A DNA stretch of 64,000 bases, taken from Antedon mediterranea. Taxonomy: Eukaryota; Animalia; Echinodermata. The position numbers and the translations under genes are program-made. Every line of letters starts with the position of its first letter. The first letter of the stretch is position 1. The notes beneath the pieces were generated by a model. That model made no database searches. It worked only from the letters and a program-made list of their open reading frames with translations, and was not told where the DNA came from. The stretch is taken from contig NC_092677.1 in NCBI RefSeq assembly GCF_964355755.1, forward strand, positions 21,253,175 to 21,317,174, given 5' to 3'. Shown one piece after another: positions 40,301 to 56,800 of the stretch.

Positions 40301-43300
40301 TATGGGAAAACGTTTTAGACCATTTTGAACATTTCGTTAAAAGTTTTCACACAAAAACATCAAAGTCCACAAAATAGCTTAATATCGTATTTAAAAACGT
40401 TTTAGACCATTTTGAGCATTTCGAAAAAACTTTTTCACACAAAACATCAAAGTTTACAAAATAGCTTCAAATCGCATTTGGAGACGTTTTAGACCATTTT
40501 GTGATTTTCGAAAAAACTTGTTAACATAAAAACACCAAAGTGCTCAGAATACCTTCAAATCGCATTTTGAGACGTTTTAGACCATTTTGTGATTTTCGAA
40601 AAAACTTGTTAACATAAAAACACCAAAGTGCTCAGAATACCTTCAAATCGCATTTGGAGACGTTTTAGACCATTTTGTGATTTTCGTAAAAACTTGTTAA
40701 CATAAAAACACCAAAGTGCTTAGAAAAGTTTCAAATCGCATTTGGAGACGTTTTAGACCATTTTGTTCATTTCGATGAAACTTGGTTACTCAAAAACATC
40801 AAATTGCACAAAATGGCTTAATATGGTATGGGAAAACGTTTTAGACCATTTTGAACATTTCGAGAAAACTTTTTCACACAAAACTTCAAAGTGTACAGAA
40901 TAGCTTCAAATCGCATTAGAAACCGTTTTAGACCATTTTGAGCATTTCGAAAAAACTTTTTCACACAAAACATCAAAGTTTACAAAATAGCTTTAAATCA
41001 CATTTGGAGACGTTTTAGACCATTTTGTGATTTTCAAAAAAACTTGTTAACATAAAAACACCAAAGTGCTCAGAATACCTTCAAATCGCATTTTGAGACG
41101 TTTTAGACCATTTTGTGATTTTCGGAAAAACTTGTTAACATAAAAACACCAAAGTGCTCAGAATACCTTCAAATCGTATTTTGAGACGTTTTAGACAATT
41201 TTGTGATTTTCGAAAAAACTTGTTAACATAAAAACACCAAAGTGCTTAGAAAAGCTTCAAATCGCATTTGGAGACGTTTTAGACCATTTTGTGCATTTCG
41301 ATGAAACTTGGTTACACAAAAACATCAAAGTGTACAGAATAGCTTCAAATCGCATTAGAAACCGTTTTAGACCATTTTGAGCATTTCGAAAAAACTTTTT
41401 CACACAAAACATCAAAGTGTACAAAATAGCTTCAAATCGCATTTGGAGACGTTTTAGACAATTTTGTGATTTTCGAAAAAACTTGTTTACATAAAAACAT
41501 CAAAGTGCTCAGAATAGCTTCCAATCGCATTTTGAGACGTTTTAGACCCTTTTGTGCATTTCGATGAAACTTGGTTACACAAAAACATCAAAGTGCTTAA
41601 AATCACAGTAGAAACCGTTTTAGACCATTTTGAGCATTTCGTTAAAATTTTTCACAGAAAAACATCAAAGAGCAAAAAATAGCTTAATATCGTATTTAAA
41701 AACGTTTTAGACCATTTTGAGCATTTCGACAAAACTTTTTCACACAAAACATCAAAGTGTACAGATAAGCTTCAAATCGCATTTGGAGACGTTTTAAACC
41801 ATTTTGAGCATTTCGATAAAATTTTACACACAAAAACATCAAAGTGCACAAAATAGCTTAATATGGTATTTAAAAACGTTTTAGACCATTTTGAGCATTT
41901 CAACAAAACTTTTTCTCACAAAACATCAAAGTGTACAGAATAGCTTCAAATCGCATTTGGAGACGTTTTAGACCATTTTGTGCATTTCGATGAAACTTGG
42001 TTACACAAAAACATCAAAGTGCTTAAATTCACATTTTGAGCATTTCGTTAAAACTTTTCACACAAAAACATCAAAGTCCACAAAATAGCTTAATATCGTA
42101 TTTAAAAACGTTTTAGACCATTTTGAGAATTTCGAAAAAACTTTTTCACACAAAACATCAAAGTTTACAAAATAGCTTCAAATCGCATTTGGAGACGTTT
42201 TAGACCATTTTGTGATTTTCGAAAAAACTTGTTAACATAAAAACACCAAAGTGCTCAGAATACCTTCAAATCGCATTTGGAGACGTTTTAGACCATTTTG
42301 TGATTTTCGAAAAAACTTGTTAACATAAAAACACCAAAGTGCTTAGAAAAGTTTCAAATCGCATTTGGAGACGTTTTAGACCATTTTTATCATTTCGATG
42401 AAACTTGGTTACACAAAAACATCAAAGTGCTTAAAATCACATTTTGAGCATTTCGTTAAAACTTTTCACACAAAAACATCAAAGTCCACAAAATAGCTTA
42501 ATATCGTATTTAAAAACGTTTTAGACCATTTTGAGCATTTCGAAAAAACTTTTCCACACAAAACATCAAAGTTTACAAAATAGCTTCAAATCGCATTTGG
42601 AGACGTTTTAGACCATTTTGTGATTTTCGAAAAAACTTGTTAACATAAAAACACCAAAGTGCTCAGAATACCTTCAAATCGTGTTTTGAGACGTTTTAGA
42701 CCATTTTGTAATTTTCGAAAAAACTTGTTAACATAAAAACACAAAAGTGCTCAGAATACCTTCACATCGCATTTTGAGACGTTTTAGACCATTTTGTGAT
42801 TTTCGAAAAAACTTGTTAACATAAAAACACCAAAGTGCTTAGAAAAGCTTGAAATCGCATTTGGAGACGTTTTAGACCATTTTGTGCATTTCGATGAAAC
42901 TTGGTTACACAAAAACATCAAAGTGCTTAAAATCACATTAGAAACCGTTTTAGACCATTTTGAGCATTTCGTTAAAACTTTTCACACAAAAACATCAAAG
43001 TCCACAAAATAGCTTAATATCGTATTTAAAAACGTTTTAGACCATTTTGAGCATTTCGAAAAAACTTTTCCACACAAAACATCAAAGTTTACAAAATAGC
43101 TTCAAATCGCATTTGGAGACGTTTTAGACCATTTTGTGATTTTCGAAAAAACTTGTTAACATAAAAACACCAAAGTGCTCAGAATACCTTCAAATCGTAT
43201 TTTGAGACGTTTTAGACAATTTTGTGATTTTCGAAAAAACTTGTTAACATAAAAACACCAAAGTGCTTAGAAAAGCTTCATATCGCATTTGGAGACGTTT

Positions 43301-46300
43301 TAGACCATTTTGTGCATTTCGATGAAACTTGGTTACACAAAAACATCAAAGTTCTTAAAATCACATTTTGAGCATTTCGTTAAAACTTTTCACACAAAAA
43401 CATCAAAGAGCAAAAAATAGCTTAATATCGTATTTAAAAACGTTTTAGACCATTTTGAGCATTTCGACAAAACTTTTTCACACAAAACATCAAAGTGTAC
43501 AAAATAGCTTCAAATCGCATTTGGAGACGTTTTAGACAATTTTGTGATTTTCGAAAAAACTTGTTAACATAAAAACACAAAAGAGCTTCAAATCGCATTT
43601 GGAGACGTTTTAGACCCTTTTGTGCATTTCGATGAAACTTGGTTACACAAAAACATCAAAGTGCTTAAAATCACATTAGAAACCGTTTTAGACCATTTTG
43701 AGCATTTCGTTAAAACTTTTCACACAAAAACATCAAAGTCCACAAAATAGCTTAATATCGTATTTAAAAACGTTTTAGACCATTTTGAGCATTTCGAAAA
43801 AACTTTTCCACACAAAACATCAAAGTTTACAAAATAGCTTCAAATCGCATTTGGAGACGTTTTAGACCATTTTGTGATTTTCGAAAAAACTTGTTAACAT
43901 AAAAACACCAAAGTGCTCAGAATACCTTCAAATCGCATTTGGAGACGTTTTAGACCCTTTTGTGCATTTCGATGAACCTTGGTTACACAAAAACATCAAA
44001 GTGCTTAAAATCACATTAGAAACCGTTTTAGACCATTTTGAGCATTTCGTTAAAATTTTTCACAGAAAAACATCAAAGAGCAAAAAATATCTTAATCTCG
44101 TATTTAAAAACGTTTTAGACCATTTTTAGCATTTCGACAAAACTTTTTCACACAAAACATCAAAGTGTACAAAATAGCTTCAAATCGCATTTGGAGACGT
44201 TTTAACCCATTTTGAGCATTTCGATAAAATTTTACACACAAAAACATCAAAGTGCACAAAATAGCTTAATATGGTATTTAAAAACGTTTTAGACCATTTT
44301 GAGCATTTCAACAAAACTTTTTCTCACAAAACATCAAAGTGTACAGAATAGCTTCAAATCGCATTTGGAGACGTTTTAGACCATTTTGTGCATTTCGATG
44401 AAACTTGGTTACACAAAAACATCAAAGTGCTTAAAATCACATTTTGAGCATTTCGTTAAAACTTTTCACACAAAAACATCAAAGTCCACAAAATAGCTTA
44501 ATATCGTATTTAAAAACGTTTTAGACCATTTTGAGCATTTCGAAAAAACTTTTCCACACGAAACATCAAAGTTTACAAAATAGCTTCAAATCGCATTTGG
44601 AGACGTTTTAGACCATTTTGTGATTTTCGAAAAAACTTGATAACATAAAAACACCAAAGTGCTCAGAATACCTTCAAATCGTGTTTTGAGACGTTTTAGA
44701 CCATTTTGTAATTTTCGAAAAAACTTGTAAACATAAAAACACCAAAGTGCTCAGAATACCTTCACATCGAATTTTGAGACGTTTTAGACCATTTTGTGAT
44801 TTTCGAAAAAACTTGTTAACATAAAAACACCAAAGTGCTTAGAAAAGCTTGAAATCGCATTTGGAGACGTTTTAGACCATTTTGTGCATTTCGATGAAAC
44901 TTGGTTACACAAAAACATCAAAGTGCTTAAAATCACATTTTGAGCATTTCGTTAAAACTTTTCACACAAAAACATCAAAGTCCACAAAATAGCTTAATAT
45001 CTTATTTAAAAACGTTTTAGACCATTTTGAGCATTTCGAAAAAACTTTTCCACACAAAACATCAAAGTTTACAAAATAGCTTCAAATCGCATTTGGAGAC
45101 GTTTTAGACCATTTTGTGATTTTCGAAAAAACTTGTTAACATAAAAACACCAAAGTGCTCAGAATACCTTCAAATCGCATTTGGAGACGTTTTAGACCAT
45201 TTTGTGATTTTCGAAAAAACTTGTTAACATAAAAACACCAAAGTGCTTAGAAAAGCTTCAAATCACATTTGGAGATGTTTTAGACCATTTTGTGCATTTC
45301 GATGAAACTTGGTTACACAAAAACATCAAAGTGCTTAAAATCACATTTTGAGCATTTCGTTAAAACTTTTCACACAAAAACATCAAAGTCCACAAAATAG
45401 CTTAATATCGTATTTAAAAACGTTTTAGACCATTTTGAGCATTTCGAAAAAACTTTTCCACACAAAACATCAAAGTTTACAAAATAGCTTCAAATCGCAT
45501 TTGGAGACGTTTTAGACCATTTTGTGATTTTCGAAAAAACTTGTTAACATAAAAACACCAAAGTGCTCAGAATACCTTCAAATCGTGTTTTGAGACGTTT
45601 TAGACCATTTTGTAATTTTCGAAAAAACTTGTTAACATAAAAACACCAAAGTGCTCAGAATACCTTCACATCGCATTTTGAGACGTTTTAGACCATTTTG
45701 TGATTTTCGAAAAAACTTGTTAACATAAAAACACCAAAGTGCTTAGAAAAGCTTGAAATCGCATTTGGAGACGTTTTAGACCATTTTGTGCATTTCGATG
45801 AAACTTGGTTACACAAAAACATCAAAGTGCTTAAAATCACATTTTGAGCATTTCGTTAAAACTTTTCACACAAAAACATCAAAGAGTAATAAATAGCTTA
45901 ATATCGTATTTAAAAACGTTTTAGACCATTTTGAGCATTTCGACAAAATTTTTTCAAACAAAACATCAAAGTGTACAGAATAGCTTTAAATCGCATTTGG
46001 AGACGTTTTAGACCATTTTGTTCATTTCGATGAAACAAAAACACAAAAACATCAAATTGCACAAAATGGCTTAATATGATATGGGAAAACGTTTTAGACC
46101 ATTTTGAACATTTCGTTAAAAGTTTTCACACAAAAACATCAAAGTCCACAAAATAGCTTAATATCGTATTTAAAAACGTTTTAGACCATTTTGAGCATTT
46201 CGAAAAAACTTTTTCACACAAAACATCAAAGTTTACAAAATAGCTTCAAATCGCATTTGGAGACGTTTTAGACCATTTTGTGATTTTCGAAAAAACTTGT

Positions 46301-49300
46301 TAACATAAAAACACCAAAGTGCTCAGAATACCTTCAAATCGCATTTTGAGACGTTTTAGACCATTTTGTGATTTTCGAAAAAACTTGTTAACATAAAAAC
46401 ACCAAAGTGCTCAGAATACCTTCAAATCGCATTTGGAGACGTTTTAGACCATTTTGTGATTTTCGTAAAAACTTGTTAACATAAAAACACCAAAGTGCTT
46501 AGAAAAGTTTCAAATCGCATTTGGAGACGTTTTAGACCATTTTGTTCATTTCGATGAAACTTGGTTACACAAAAACATCAAATTGCACAAAATGGCTTAA
46601 TATGGTATGGGAAAACGTTTTAGACCATTTTGAACATTTCGAGAAAACTTTTTCACACAAAACTTCAAAGTGTACAGAATAGCTTCAAATCGCATTAGAA
46701 ACCGTTTTAGACCATTTTGAGCATTTCGAAAAAACTTTTTCACACAAAACATCAAAGTTTACAAAATAGCTTCAAATCACATTTGGAGACGTTTTAGACC
46801 ATTTTGTGATTTTCAAAAAAACTTGTTAACATAAAAACACCAAAGTGCTCAGAATACCTTCAAATCGCATTTTGAGACGTTTTAGACCATTTTGTGATTT
46901 TCGGAAAAACTTGTTAACATAAAAACACAAAAGAGCTTCAAATCGCATTTGGAGACGTTTTAGACCCTTTTGTGCATTTCGATGAAACTTGGTTACACAA
47001 AAACATCAAAGTGCTTAAAATCACATTAGAAACCGTTTTAGACCATTTTGAGCATTTCGTTAAAACTTTTCACACAAAAACATCAAAGTCCACAAAATAG
47101 CTTAATATCGTATTTAAAAACGTTTTAGACCATTTTGAGCATTTCGAAAAAACTTTTCCACACAAAACATCAAAGTTTACAAAATAGCTTTAAATCGCAT
47201 TTGGAGACGTTTTAGACCATTTTGTTCATTTCGATGAAACAAAAACACAAAAACATCAAATTGCACAAAATGGCTTAATATGATATGGGAAAACGTTTTA
47301 GACCATTTTGAACATTTCGTTAAAAGTTTTCACAAAAAAACATCAAAGTCCACAAAATAGCTTAATATCGTATTTAAAAACGTTTTAGGCCATTTTGAGC
47401 ATTTCGAAAAAACTTTTTCACACAAAACATCAAAGTTTACAAAATAGCTTCAAATCGCATTTGGAGACGTTTTAGACCATTTTGTGATTTTCAAAAAAAC
47501 TTGTTAACATAAAAACACCAAAGTGCTCAGAATACCTTCAAATCGCATTTTGAGACGTTTTAGACCATTTTGTGATTTTCGAAAAAACTTGTTAACATAA
47601 AAACACCAAAGTGCTCAGAATACCTTCAAATCGTGTTTTGAGACGTTTTAGACCATTTTGTGATTTTGGAAAAACTTGTTAACATAAAAACACCAAAGTG
47701 CTCAGAATACCTTCAAATCGCATTTGGAGACGTTTTAGACCATTTTGTGATTTTCGAAAAAACTTGTTAACATAAAAACACCAAAGTGCTCAGAAAAGCT
47801 TCAAATCGCAATTGGAGACGTTTTAAACCATTTTGTTCATTTCGATGAAACTTGGTTACACAAAAACATCAAATTGCACAAAATGGCTTAATATGGTATG
47901 GGAAAACGTTTTAGACCATTTTGAACATTTCGAGAAAACTTTTTCACACAAAACTTCAAAGTGTACAGAATAGCTTCAAATCGCATTAGAAACCGTTTTA
48001 GACCATTTTGAGCATTTCGAAAAAACTTTTTCACACAAAACATCAAAGTTTACAAAATAGCTTCAAATCGCATTTGGAGACGTTTTAGACCATTTTGTGA
48101 TTTTCGAAAAAACTTGTTAACATAAAAACACCAAAGTGCTCAGAATACCTTCAAATCGCATTTTGAGACGTTTTAGACCATTTTGTGATTTTCGAAAAAA
48201 CTTGTTAACATAAAAATACCAAAGTGCTCAGAATACCTTCAAATCGTGTTTTGAGACGTTTTAGACCATTTTGTGATTTTCGAAAAAACTTAACATAAAA
48301 ACACCAAAGTGCTCAGAATACCTTCAAATCGCATTTGGAGACGTTTTAGACCATTTTGTGATTTTGGAAAAAACTTGTTAACATAAAAACACCAAAGTGC
48401 TTAGAAAAGCTTCAAATCGCATTTGGAGACGTTTTAGACCCTTTTGTGCATTTCGATGAAACTTGGTTACACAAAAACATCAAAGTGCTTAAAATCACAG
48501 TAGAAACCGTTTTAGACCATTTTGAGCATTTCGTTAAAATTTTTCACAGAAAAACATCAAAGAGCAAAAAATAGCTTAATATCGTATTTAAAAACGTTTT
48601 AGACCATTTTGAGCATTTCGACAAAACTTTTTCACACAAAACATCAAAGTGTACAGATAAGCTTCAAATCGCATTTGGAGACGTTTTAAACCATTTTGAG
48701 CATTTCGATAAAATTTTACACACAAAAACATCAAAGTGCACAAAATAGCTTAATATGGTATTTAAAAACGTTTTAGACCATTTTGAGCATTTCAACAAAA
48801 CTTTTTCTCACAAAACATCAAAGTGTACAGAATAGCTTCAAATCGCATTTGGAGACGTTTTAGACCATTTTGTGCATTTCGATGAAACTTGGTTACACAA
48901 AAACATCAAAGTGCTTAAAATCACATTTTGAGCATTTCGTTAAAACTTTTCACACAAAAACATCAAAGTCCACAAAATAGCTTAATATCTTATTTAAAAA
49001 CGTTTTAGACCATTTTGAGCATTTCGAAAAAACTTTTTCACACAAAACATCAAAGTTTACAAAATAGCTTCAAATCGCATTTGGAGACGTTTTAGACCAT
49101 TTTGTGATTTTCGAAAAAACTTGTTAACATAAAAACACCAAAGTGCTCAGAATACCTTCAAATCGCATTTGGAGACGTTTTAGACCATTTTGTGATTTTC
49201 GAAAAAACTTGTTAACATAAAAACACCAAAGTGCTTAGAAAAGCTTCAAATCACATTTGGAGATGTTTTAGACCATTTTGTGCATTTCGATGAAACTTGG

Positions 49301-52300
49301 TTACACAAAAACATCAAAGTGCTTAAAATCACATTTTGAGCATTTCGTTAAAACTTTTCACACAAAAACATCAAAGTCCACAAAATAGCTTAATATCGTA
49401 TTTAAAACGTTTTAGACCATTTTGAGCATTTCGAAAAAACTTTTCCACACAAAACATCAAAGTTTACAAAATAGCTTCAAATCGCATTTGGAGACGTTTT
49501 AGACCATTTTGTGATTTTCGAAAAAACTTGTTAACATAAAAACACCAAAGTGCTCAGAATACCTTCAAATCGTGTTTTGAGACCTTTTAGACCATTTTGT
49601 AATTTTCGAAAAAACTTGTTAACATAAAAACACCAAAGTGCTCAGAATACCTTCACATCGCATTTTGAGACGTTTTAGACCATTTTGTGATTTTCGAAAA
49701 AACTTGTTAACATAAAAACACCAAAGTGCTTAGAAAAGCTTGAAATCGCATTTGGAGACGTTTTAGACCATTTTGTGCATTTCGATGAAACTTGGTTACA
49801 CAAAAACATCAAAGTGCTTAAAATCACATTTTGAGCATTTCGTTAAAACTTTTCACACAAAAACATCAAAGAGTAATAAATAGCTTAATATCGTATTTAA
49901 AAACGTTTTAGACCATTTTGAGCATTTCGACAAAATTTTTTCAAACAAAACATCAAAGTGTACAGAATAGCTTTAAATCGCATTTGGAGACGTTTTAGAC
50001 CATTTTGTTAATTTCGATGAAACAAAAACACAAAAACATCAAATTGCACAAAATGGCTTAATATGATATGGGAAAACGTTTTAGACCATTTTGAACATTT
50101 CGTTAAAAAAGTTTTCACACAAAAACATCAAAGTCCACAAAATAGCTTAATATCGTATTTAAAAACGTTTTAGACCATTTTGAGCATTTCGAAAAAACTT
50201 TTTCACACAAAACATCAAAGTTTACAAAATAGCTTCAAATCGCATTTGGAGACGTTTTAGACCATTTTGTGATTTTCGAAAAAACTTGTTAACATAAAAA
50301 CACCAAAGTGCTCAGAATACCTTCAAATCGCATTTTGAGACGTTTTAGACCATTTTGTGATTTTCGAAAAAACTTGTTAACATAAAAACACCAAAGTGCT
50401 CAGAATACCTTCAAATCGCATTTGGAGACGTTTTAGACCATTTTCTGATTTTCGTAAAAACTTGTTAACATAAAAACACCAAAGTGCTTAGAAAAGTTTA
50501 AAATCGCATTTGGAGACGTTTTAGACCATTTTGTTCATTTCGATGAAACTTGGTTACACAAAAACATCAAATTGCACAAAATGGCTTAATATGGTATGGG
50601 AAAACGTTTTAGACCATTTTGAACATTTCGAGAAAACTTTTTCACACAAAACTTCAAAGTGTACAGAATAGCTTCAAATCGCATTAGAAACCGTTTTAGA
50701 CCATTTTGAGCATTTCGAAAAAACTTTTTCACACAAAACATCAAAGTTTACAAAATAGCTTCAAATCACATTTGGAGACGTTTTAGACCATTTTGTGATT
50801 TTCAAAAAAACTTGTTAACATAAAAACACCAAAGTGCTCAGAATACCTTCAAATCGCATTTTGAGACGTTTTAGACCATTTTGTGATTTTCGGAAAAACT
50901 TGTTAACATAAAAACACAAAAGAGCTTCAAATCGCATTTGGAGACGTTTTAGACCCTTTTGTGCATTTCGATGAAACTTGGTTACACAAAAACATCAAAG
51001 TGCTTAAAATCACATTAGAAACCGTTTTAGACCATTTTGAGCATTTCGTTAAAACTTTTCACACAAAAACATCAAAGTCCACAAAATAGCTTAATATCGT
51101 ATTTAAAAACGTTTTAGACCATTTTGAGCATTTCGAAAAAACTTTTCCACACGAAACATCAAAGTTTACAAAATAGCTTCAAATCGCATTTGGAGACGTT
51201 TTAGACCATTTTGTGATTTTCGAAAAAAACTTGTTAACATAAAAACACCAAAGTGCTCAGAATACCTTCAAATCGCATTTGGAGACGTTTTAGACCCTTT
51301 TGTGCATTTCGATGAAACTTGGTTACACAAAAACATCAAAGTGCTTAAAATCACATTAGAAACCGTTTTAGACCATTTTGAGCATTTCGTTAAAATTTTT
51401 CACAGAAAAACATCAAAGAGCAAAAAATATCTTAATCTCGTATTTAAAAACGTTTTAGACCATTTTTAGCATTTCGACAAAACTTTTTCACACAAAACAT
51501 CAAAGTGTACAAAATAGCTTCAAATCGCATTTGGAGACGTTTTAACCCATTTTGAGCATTTCGATAAAATTTTACACACAAAAACATCAAAGTGCACAAA
51601 ATAGCTTAATATGGTATTTAAAAACGTTTTAGACCATTTTGAGCATTTCAACAAAACTTTTTCTCACAAAACATCAAAGTGTACAGAATAGCTTCAAATC
51701 GCATTTGGAGACGTTTTAGACCATTTTGTGCATTTCGATGAAACTTGGTTACACAAAAACATCAAAGTGCTTAAAATCACATTTTGAGCATTTCGTTAAA
51801 ACTTTTCACACAAAAACATCAAAGTCCACAAAATAGCTTAATATCGTATTTAAAAACGTTTTAGACCATTTTGAGCATTTCGAAAAAACTTTTCCACACG
51901 AAACATCAAAGTTTACAAAATAGCTTCAAATCGCATTTGGAGACGTTTTAGACCATTTTGTGATTTTCGAAAAAACTTGATAACATAAAAACACCAAAGT
52001 GCTCAGAATACCTTCAAATCGTGTTTTGAGACGTTTTAGACCATTTTGTAATTTTCGAAAAAACTTGTTAACATAAAAACACCAAAGTGCTCAGAATACC
52101 TTCACATCGAATTTTGAGACGTTTTAGACCATTTTGTGATTTTCGAAAAAACTTGTTAACATAAAAACACCAAAGTGCTTAGAAAAGCTTGAAATCGCAT
52201 TTGGAGACGTTTTAGACCATTTTGTGCATTTCGATGAAACTTGGTTACACAAAAACATCAAAGTGCTTAAAATCACATTTTGAGCATTTCGTTAAAACTT

Positions 52301-53850
52301 TTCACACAAAAACATCAAAGTCCACAAAATAGCTTAATATCGTATTTAAAAACGTTTTAGACCATTTTGAGCATTTCGAAAAAACTTTTCCACACAAAAC
52401 ATCAAAGTTTACAAAATAGCTTTAAATCGCATTTGGAGACGTTTTAGACCATTTTGTTCATTTCGATGAAACAAAAACACAAAAACATCAAATTGCACAA
52501 AATGGCTTAATATGATATGGGAAAACGTTTTAGACCATTTTGAACATTTCGTTAAAAGTTTTCACAAAAAAACATCAAAGTCCACAAAATAGCTTAATAT
52601 CGTATTTAAAAACGTTTTAGGCCATTTTGAGCATTTCGAAAAAACTTTTTCACACAAAACATCAAAGTTTACAAAATAGCTTCAAATCGCATTTGGAGAC
52701 GTTTTAGACCATTTTGTGATTTTCAAAAAAACTTGTTAACATAAAAACACCAAAGTGCTCAGAATACCTTCAAATCGCATTTTGAGACGTTTTAGACCAT
52801 TTTGTGATTTTCGAAAAAACTTGTTAACATAAAAACACCAATGTGCTCAGAATACCTTCAAATCGTGTTTTGAGACGTTTTAGACCATTTTGTGATTTTG
52901 GAAAAACTTGTTAACATAAAAACACCAAAGTGCTCAGAATACCTTCAAATCGCATTTGGAGACGTTTTAGACCATTTTGTGATTTTCGAAAAAACTTGTT
53001 AACATAAAAACACCAAAGTGCTCAGAAAAGCTTCAAATCGCAATTGGAGACGTTTTAAACCATTTTGTTCATTTCGATGAAACTTGGTTACACAAAAACA
53101 TCAAATTGCACAAAATGGCTTAATATGGTATGGGAAAACGTTTTAGACCATTTTGAACATTTCGAGAAAACTTTTTCACACAAAACTTCAAAGTGTACAG
53201 AATAGCTTCAAATCGCATTAGAAACCGTTTTAGACCATTTTGAGCATTTCGAAAAAACTTTTTCACACAAAACATCAAAGTTTACAAAATAGCTTCAAAT
53301 CGCATTTGGAGACGTTTTAGACCATTTTGTGATTTTCGAAAAAACTTGTTAACATAAAAACACCAAAGTGCTCAGAATACCTTCAAATCGCATTTTGAGA
53401 CGTTTTAGACCATTTTGTGATTTTCGAAAAAACTTGTTAACATAAAAATACCAAAGTGCTCAGAATACCTTCAAATCGTGTTTTGAGACGTTTTAGACCA
53501 TTTTGTGATTTTCGAAAAAACTTAACATAAAAACACCAAAGTGCTCAGAATACCTTCAAATCGCATTTGGAGACGTTTTAGACCATTTTGTGATTTTGGA
53601 AAAAACTTGTTAACATAAAAACACCAAAGTGCTTAGAAAAGCTTCAAATCGCATTTGGAGACGTTTTAGACCCTTTTGTGCATTTCGATGAAACTTGGTT
53701 ACACAAAAACATCAAAGTGCTTAAAATCACAGTAGAAACCGTTTTAGACCATTTTGAGCATTTCGTTAAAATTTTTCACAGAAAAACATCAAAGAGCAAA
53801 AAATAGCTTAATATCGTATTTAAAAACGTTTTAGACCATTTTGAGCATTT
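37400..53850 (+). repeat. Dispersed block family: ~37400..41130 similar to ~47180..50900 (offset ~9768), with a partial third copy ~52400..53850
   Basis: ttttaGgcc (37621/47388/52620), the 3-bp deletion aaacttaacat (~38521/48288/53521), and ttttcGgaaaaa (41123/50891). Confidence 0.82.
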
Positions 53851-56800
53851 CGAAAAAACTTTTTCACACAAAACATCAAAGTTTACAAAATAGCTTCAAA
53901 TCGCATTTGGAGACGTTTTAGACCATTTTGTGATTTTCGAAAAAACTTGTTAACATAAAAACACCAAAGTGCTCAGAATACCTTCAAATCGAATTTTGAG
54001 ACGTTTTAGACCATTTTGTGATTTTCGAAAAAACTTGTTAACATAAAAACACCAAAGTGCTCAGAATACCTTCAAATCGTGTTTTGAGACGTTTTAGACC
54101 ATTTTGTAATTTTCGAAAAAACTTGTTAACATAAAAACACCAAAGTGCTCAGAATACCTTCACATCGCATTTTGAGACGTTTTAGACCATTTTGTGATTT
54201 TCGAAAAAACTTGTTAACATAAAAACACCAAAGTGCTTAGAAAAGCTTGAAATCGCATTTGGAGACGTTTTAGACCATTTTGTGCATTTCGATGAAACTT
54301 GGTTACACAAAAACATCAAAGTGCTTAAAATCACATTTTGAGCATTTCGTTAAAACTTTTCACACAAAAACATCAAAGAGTAATAAATAGCTTAATATCG
54401 TATTTAAAAACGTTTTAGACCATTTTGAGCATTTCGACAAAATTTTTTCAAACAAAACATCAAAGTGTACAGAATAGCTTTAAATCGCATTTGGAGACGT
54501 TTTAGACCATTTTGTTCATTTCGATGAAACAAAAACACAAAAACATCAAATTGCACAAAATGGCTTAATATGATATGGGAAAACGTTTTAGACCATTTTG
54601 AACATTTCGTTAAAAGTTTTCACACAAAAACATCAAAGTCCACAAAATAGCTTAATATCGTATTTAAAAACGTTTTAGACCATTTTGAGCATTTCGAAAA
54701 AACTTTTTCACACAAAACATCAAAGTTTACAAAATAGCTTCAAATCGCATTTGGAGACGTTTTAGACCATTTTGTGATTTTCGAAAAAACTTGTTAACAT
54801 AAAAACACCAAAGTGCTCAGAATACCTTCAAATCGCATTTTGAGACGTTTTAGACCATTTTGTGATTTTCGAAAAAACTTGTTAACATAAAAACACCAAA
54901 GTGCTCAGAATACCTTCAAATCGCATTTGGAGACGTTTTAGACCATTTTGTGATTTTCGTAAAAACTTGTTAACATAAAAACACAAAAGTGCTTAGAAAA
55001 GTTTCAAATCGCATTTGGAGACGTTTTAGACCATTTTGTTCATTTCGATGAAACTTGGTTACTCAAAAACATCAAATTGCACAAAATGGCTTAATATGGT
55101 ATGGGAAAACGTTTTAGACCATTTTGAACATTTCGAGAAAACTTTTTCACACAAAACTTCAAAGTGTACAGAATAGCTTCAAATCGCATTAGAAACCGTT
55201 TTAGACCATTTTGAGCATTTCGAAAAAACTTTTTCACACAAAACATCAAAGTTTACAAAATAGCTTTAAATCACATTTGGAGACGTTTTAGACCATTTTG
55301 TGATTTTCAAAAAAACTTGTTAACATAAAAACACCAAAGTGCTCAGAATACCTTCAAATCGCATTTTGAGACGTTTTAGACCATTTTGTGATTTTCGGAA
55401 AAACTTGTTAACATAAAAACACCAAAGTGCTCAGAATACCTTCAAATCGTATTTTGAGACGTTTTAGACAATTTTGTGATTTTCGAAAAAACTTGTTAAC
55501 ATAAAAACACCAAAGTGCTTAGAAAAGCTTCAAATCGCATTTGGAGACGTTTTAGACCATTTTGTGCATTTCGATGAAACTTGGTTACACAAAAACATCA
55601 AAGTGTACAGAATAGCTTCAAATCGCATTAGAAACCGTTTTAGACCATTTTGAGCATTTCGAAAAAACTTTTTCACACAAAACATCAAAGTGTACAAAAT
55701 AGCTTCAAATCGCATTTGGAGACGTTTTAGACAATTTTGTGATTTTCGAAAAAACTTGTTTACATAAAAACATCAAAGTGCTCAGAATAGCTTCCAATCG
55801 CATTTTGAGACGTTTTAGACCCTTTTGTGCATTTCGATGAAACTTGGTTACACAAAAACATCAAAGTGCTTAAAATCACAGTAGAAACCGTTTTAGACCA
55901 TTTTGAGCATTTCGTTAAAATTTTTCACAGAAAAACATCAAAGAGCAAAAAATAGCTTAATATCGTATTTAAAAACGTTTTAGACCATTTTGAGCATTTC
56001 GACAAAACTTTTTCACACAAAACATCAAAGTGTACAGATAAGCTTCAAATCGCATTTGGAGACGTTTTAAACCATTTTGAGCATTTCGATAAAATTTTAC
56101 ACACAAAAACATCAAAGTGCACAAAATAGCTTAATATGGTATTTAAAAACGTTTTAGACCATTTTGAGCATTTCAACAAAACTTTTTCTCACAAAACATC
56201 AAAGTGTACAGAATAGCTTCAAATCGCATTTGGAGACGTTTTAGACCATTTTGTGCATTTCGATGAAACTTGGTTACACAAAAACATCAAAGTGCTTAAA
56301 TTCACATTTTGAGCATTTCGTTAAAACTTTTCACACAAAAACATCAAAGTCCACAAAATAGCTTAATATCGTATTTAAAAACGTTTTAGACCATTTTGAG
56401 AATTTCGAAAAAACTTTTTCACACAAAACATCAAAGTTTACAAAATAGCTTCAAATCGCATTTGGAGACGTTTTAGACCATTTTGTGATTTTCGAAAAAA
56501 CTTGTTAACATAAAAGCACCAAAGTGCTCAGAATACCTTCAAATCGCATTTGGAGACGTTTTAGACCATTTTGTGATTTTCGAAAAAACTTGTTAACATA
56601 AAAACACCAAAGTGCTCAGAATACCTTCAAATCGTGTTTTGAGACGTTTTAGACCATTTTGTAATTTTCGAAAAAACTTGTTAACATAAAAACACCAAAG
56701 TGCTCAGAATACCTTCACATCGCATTTTGAGACGTTTTAGACCATTTTGTGATTTTCGAAAAAACTTGTTAACATAAAAACACCAAAGTGCTTAGAAAAG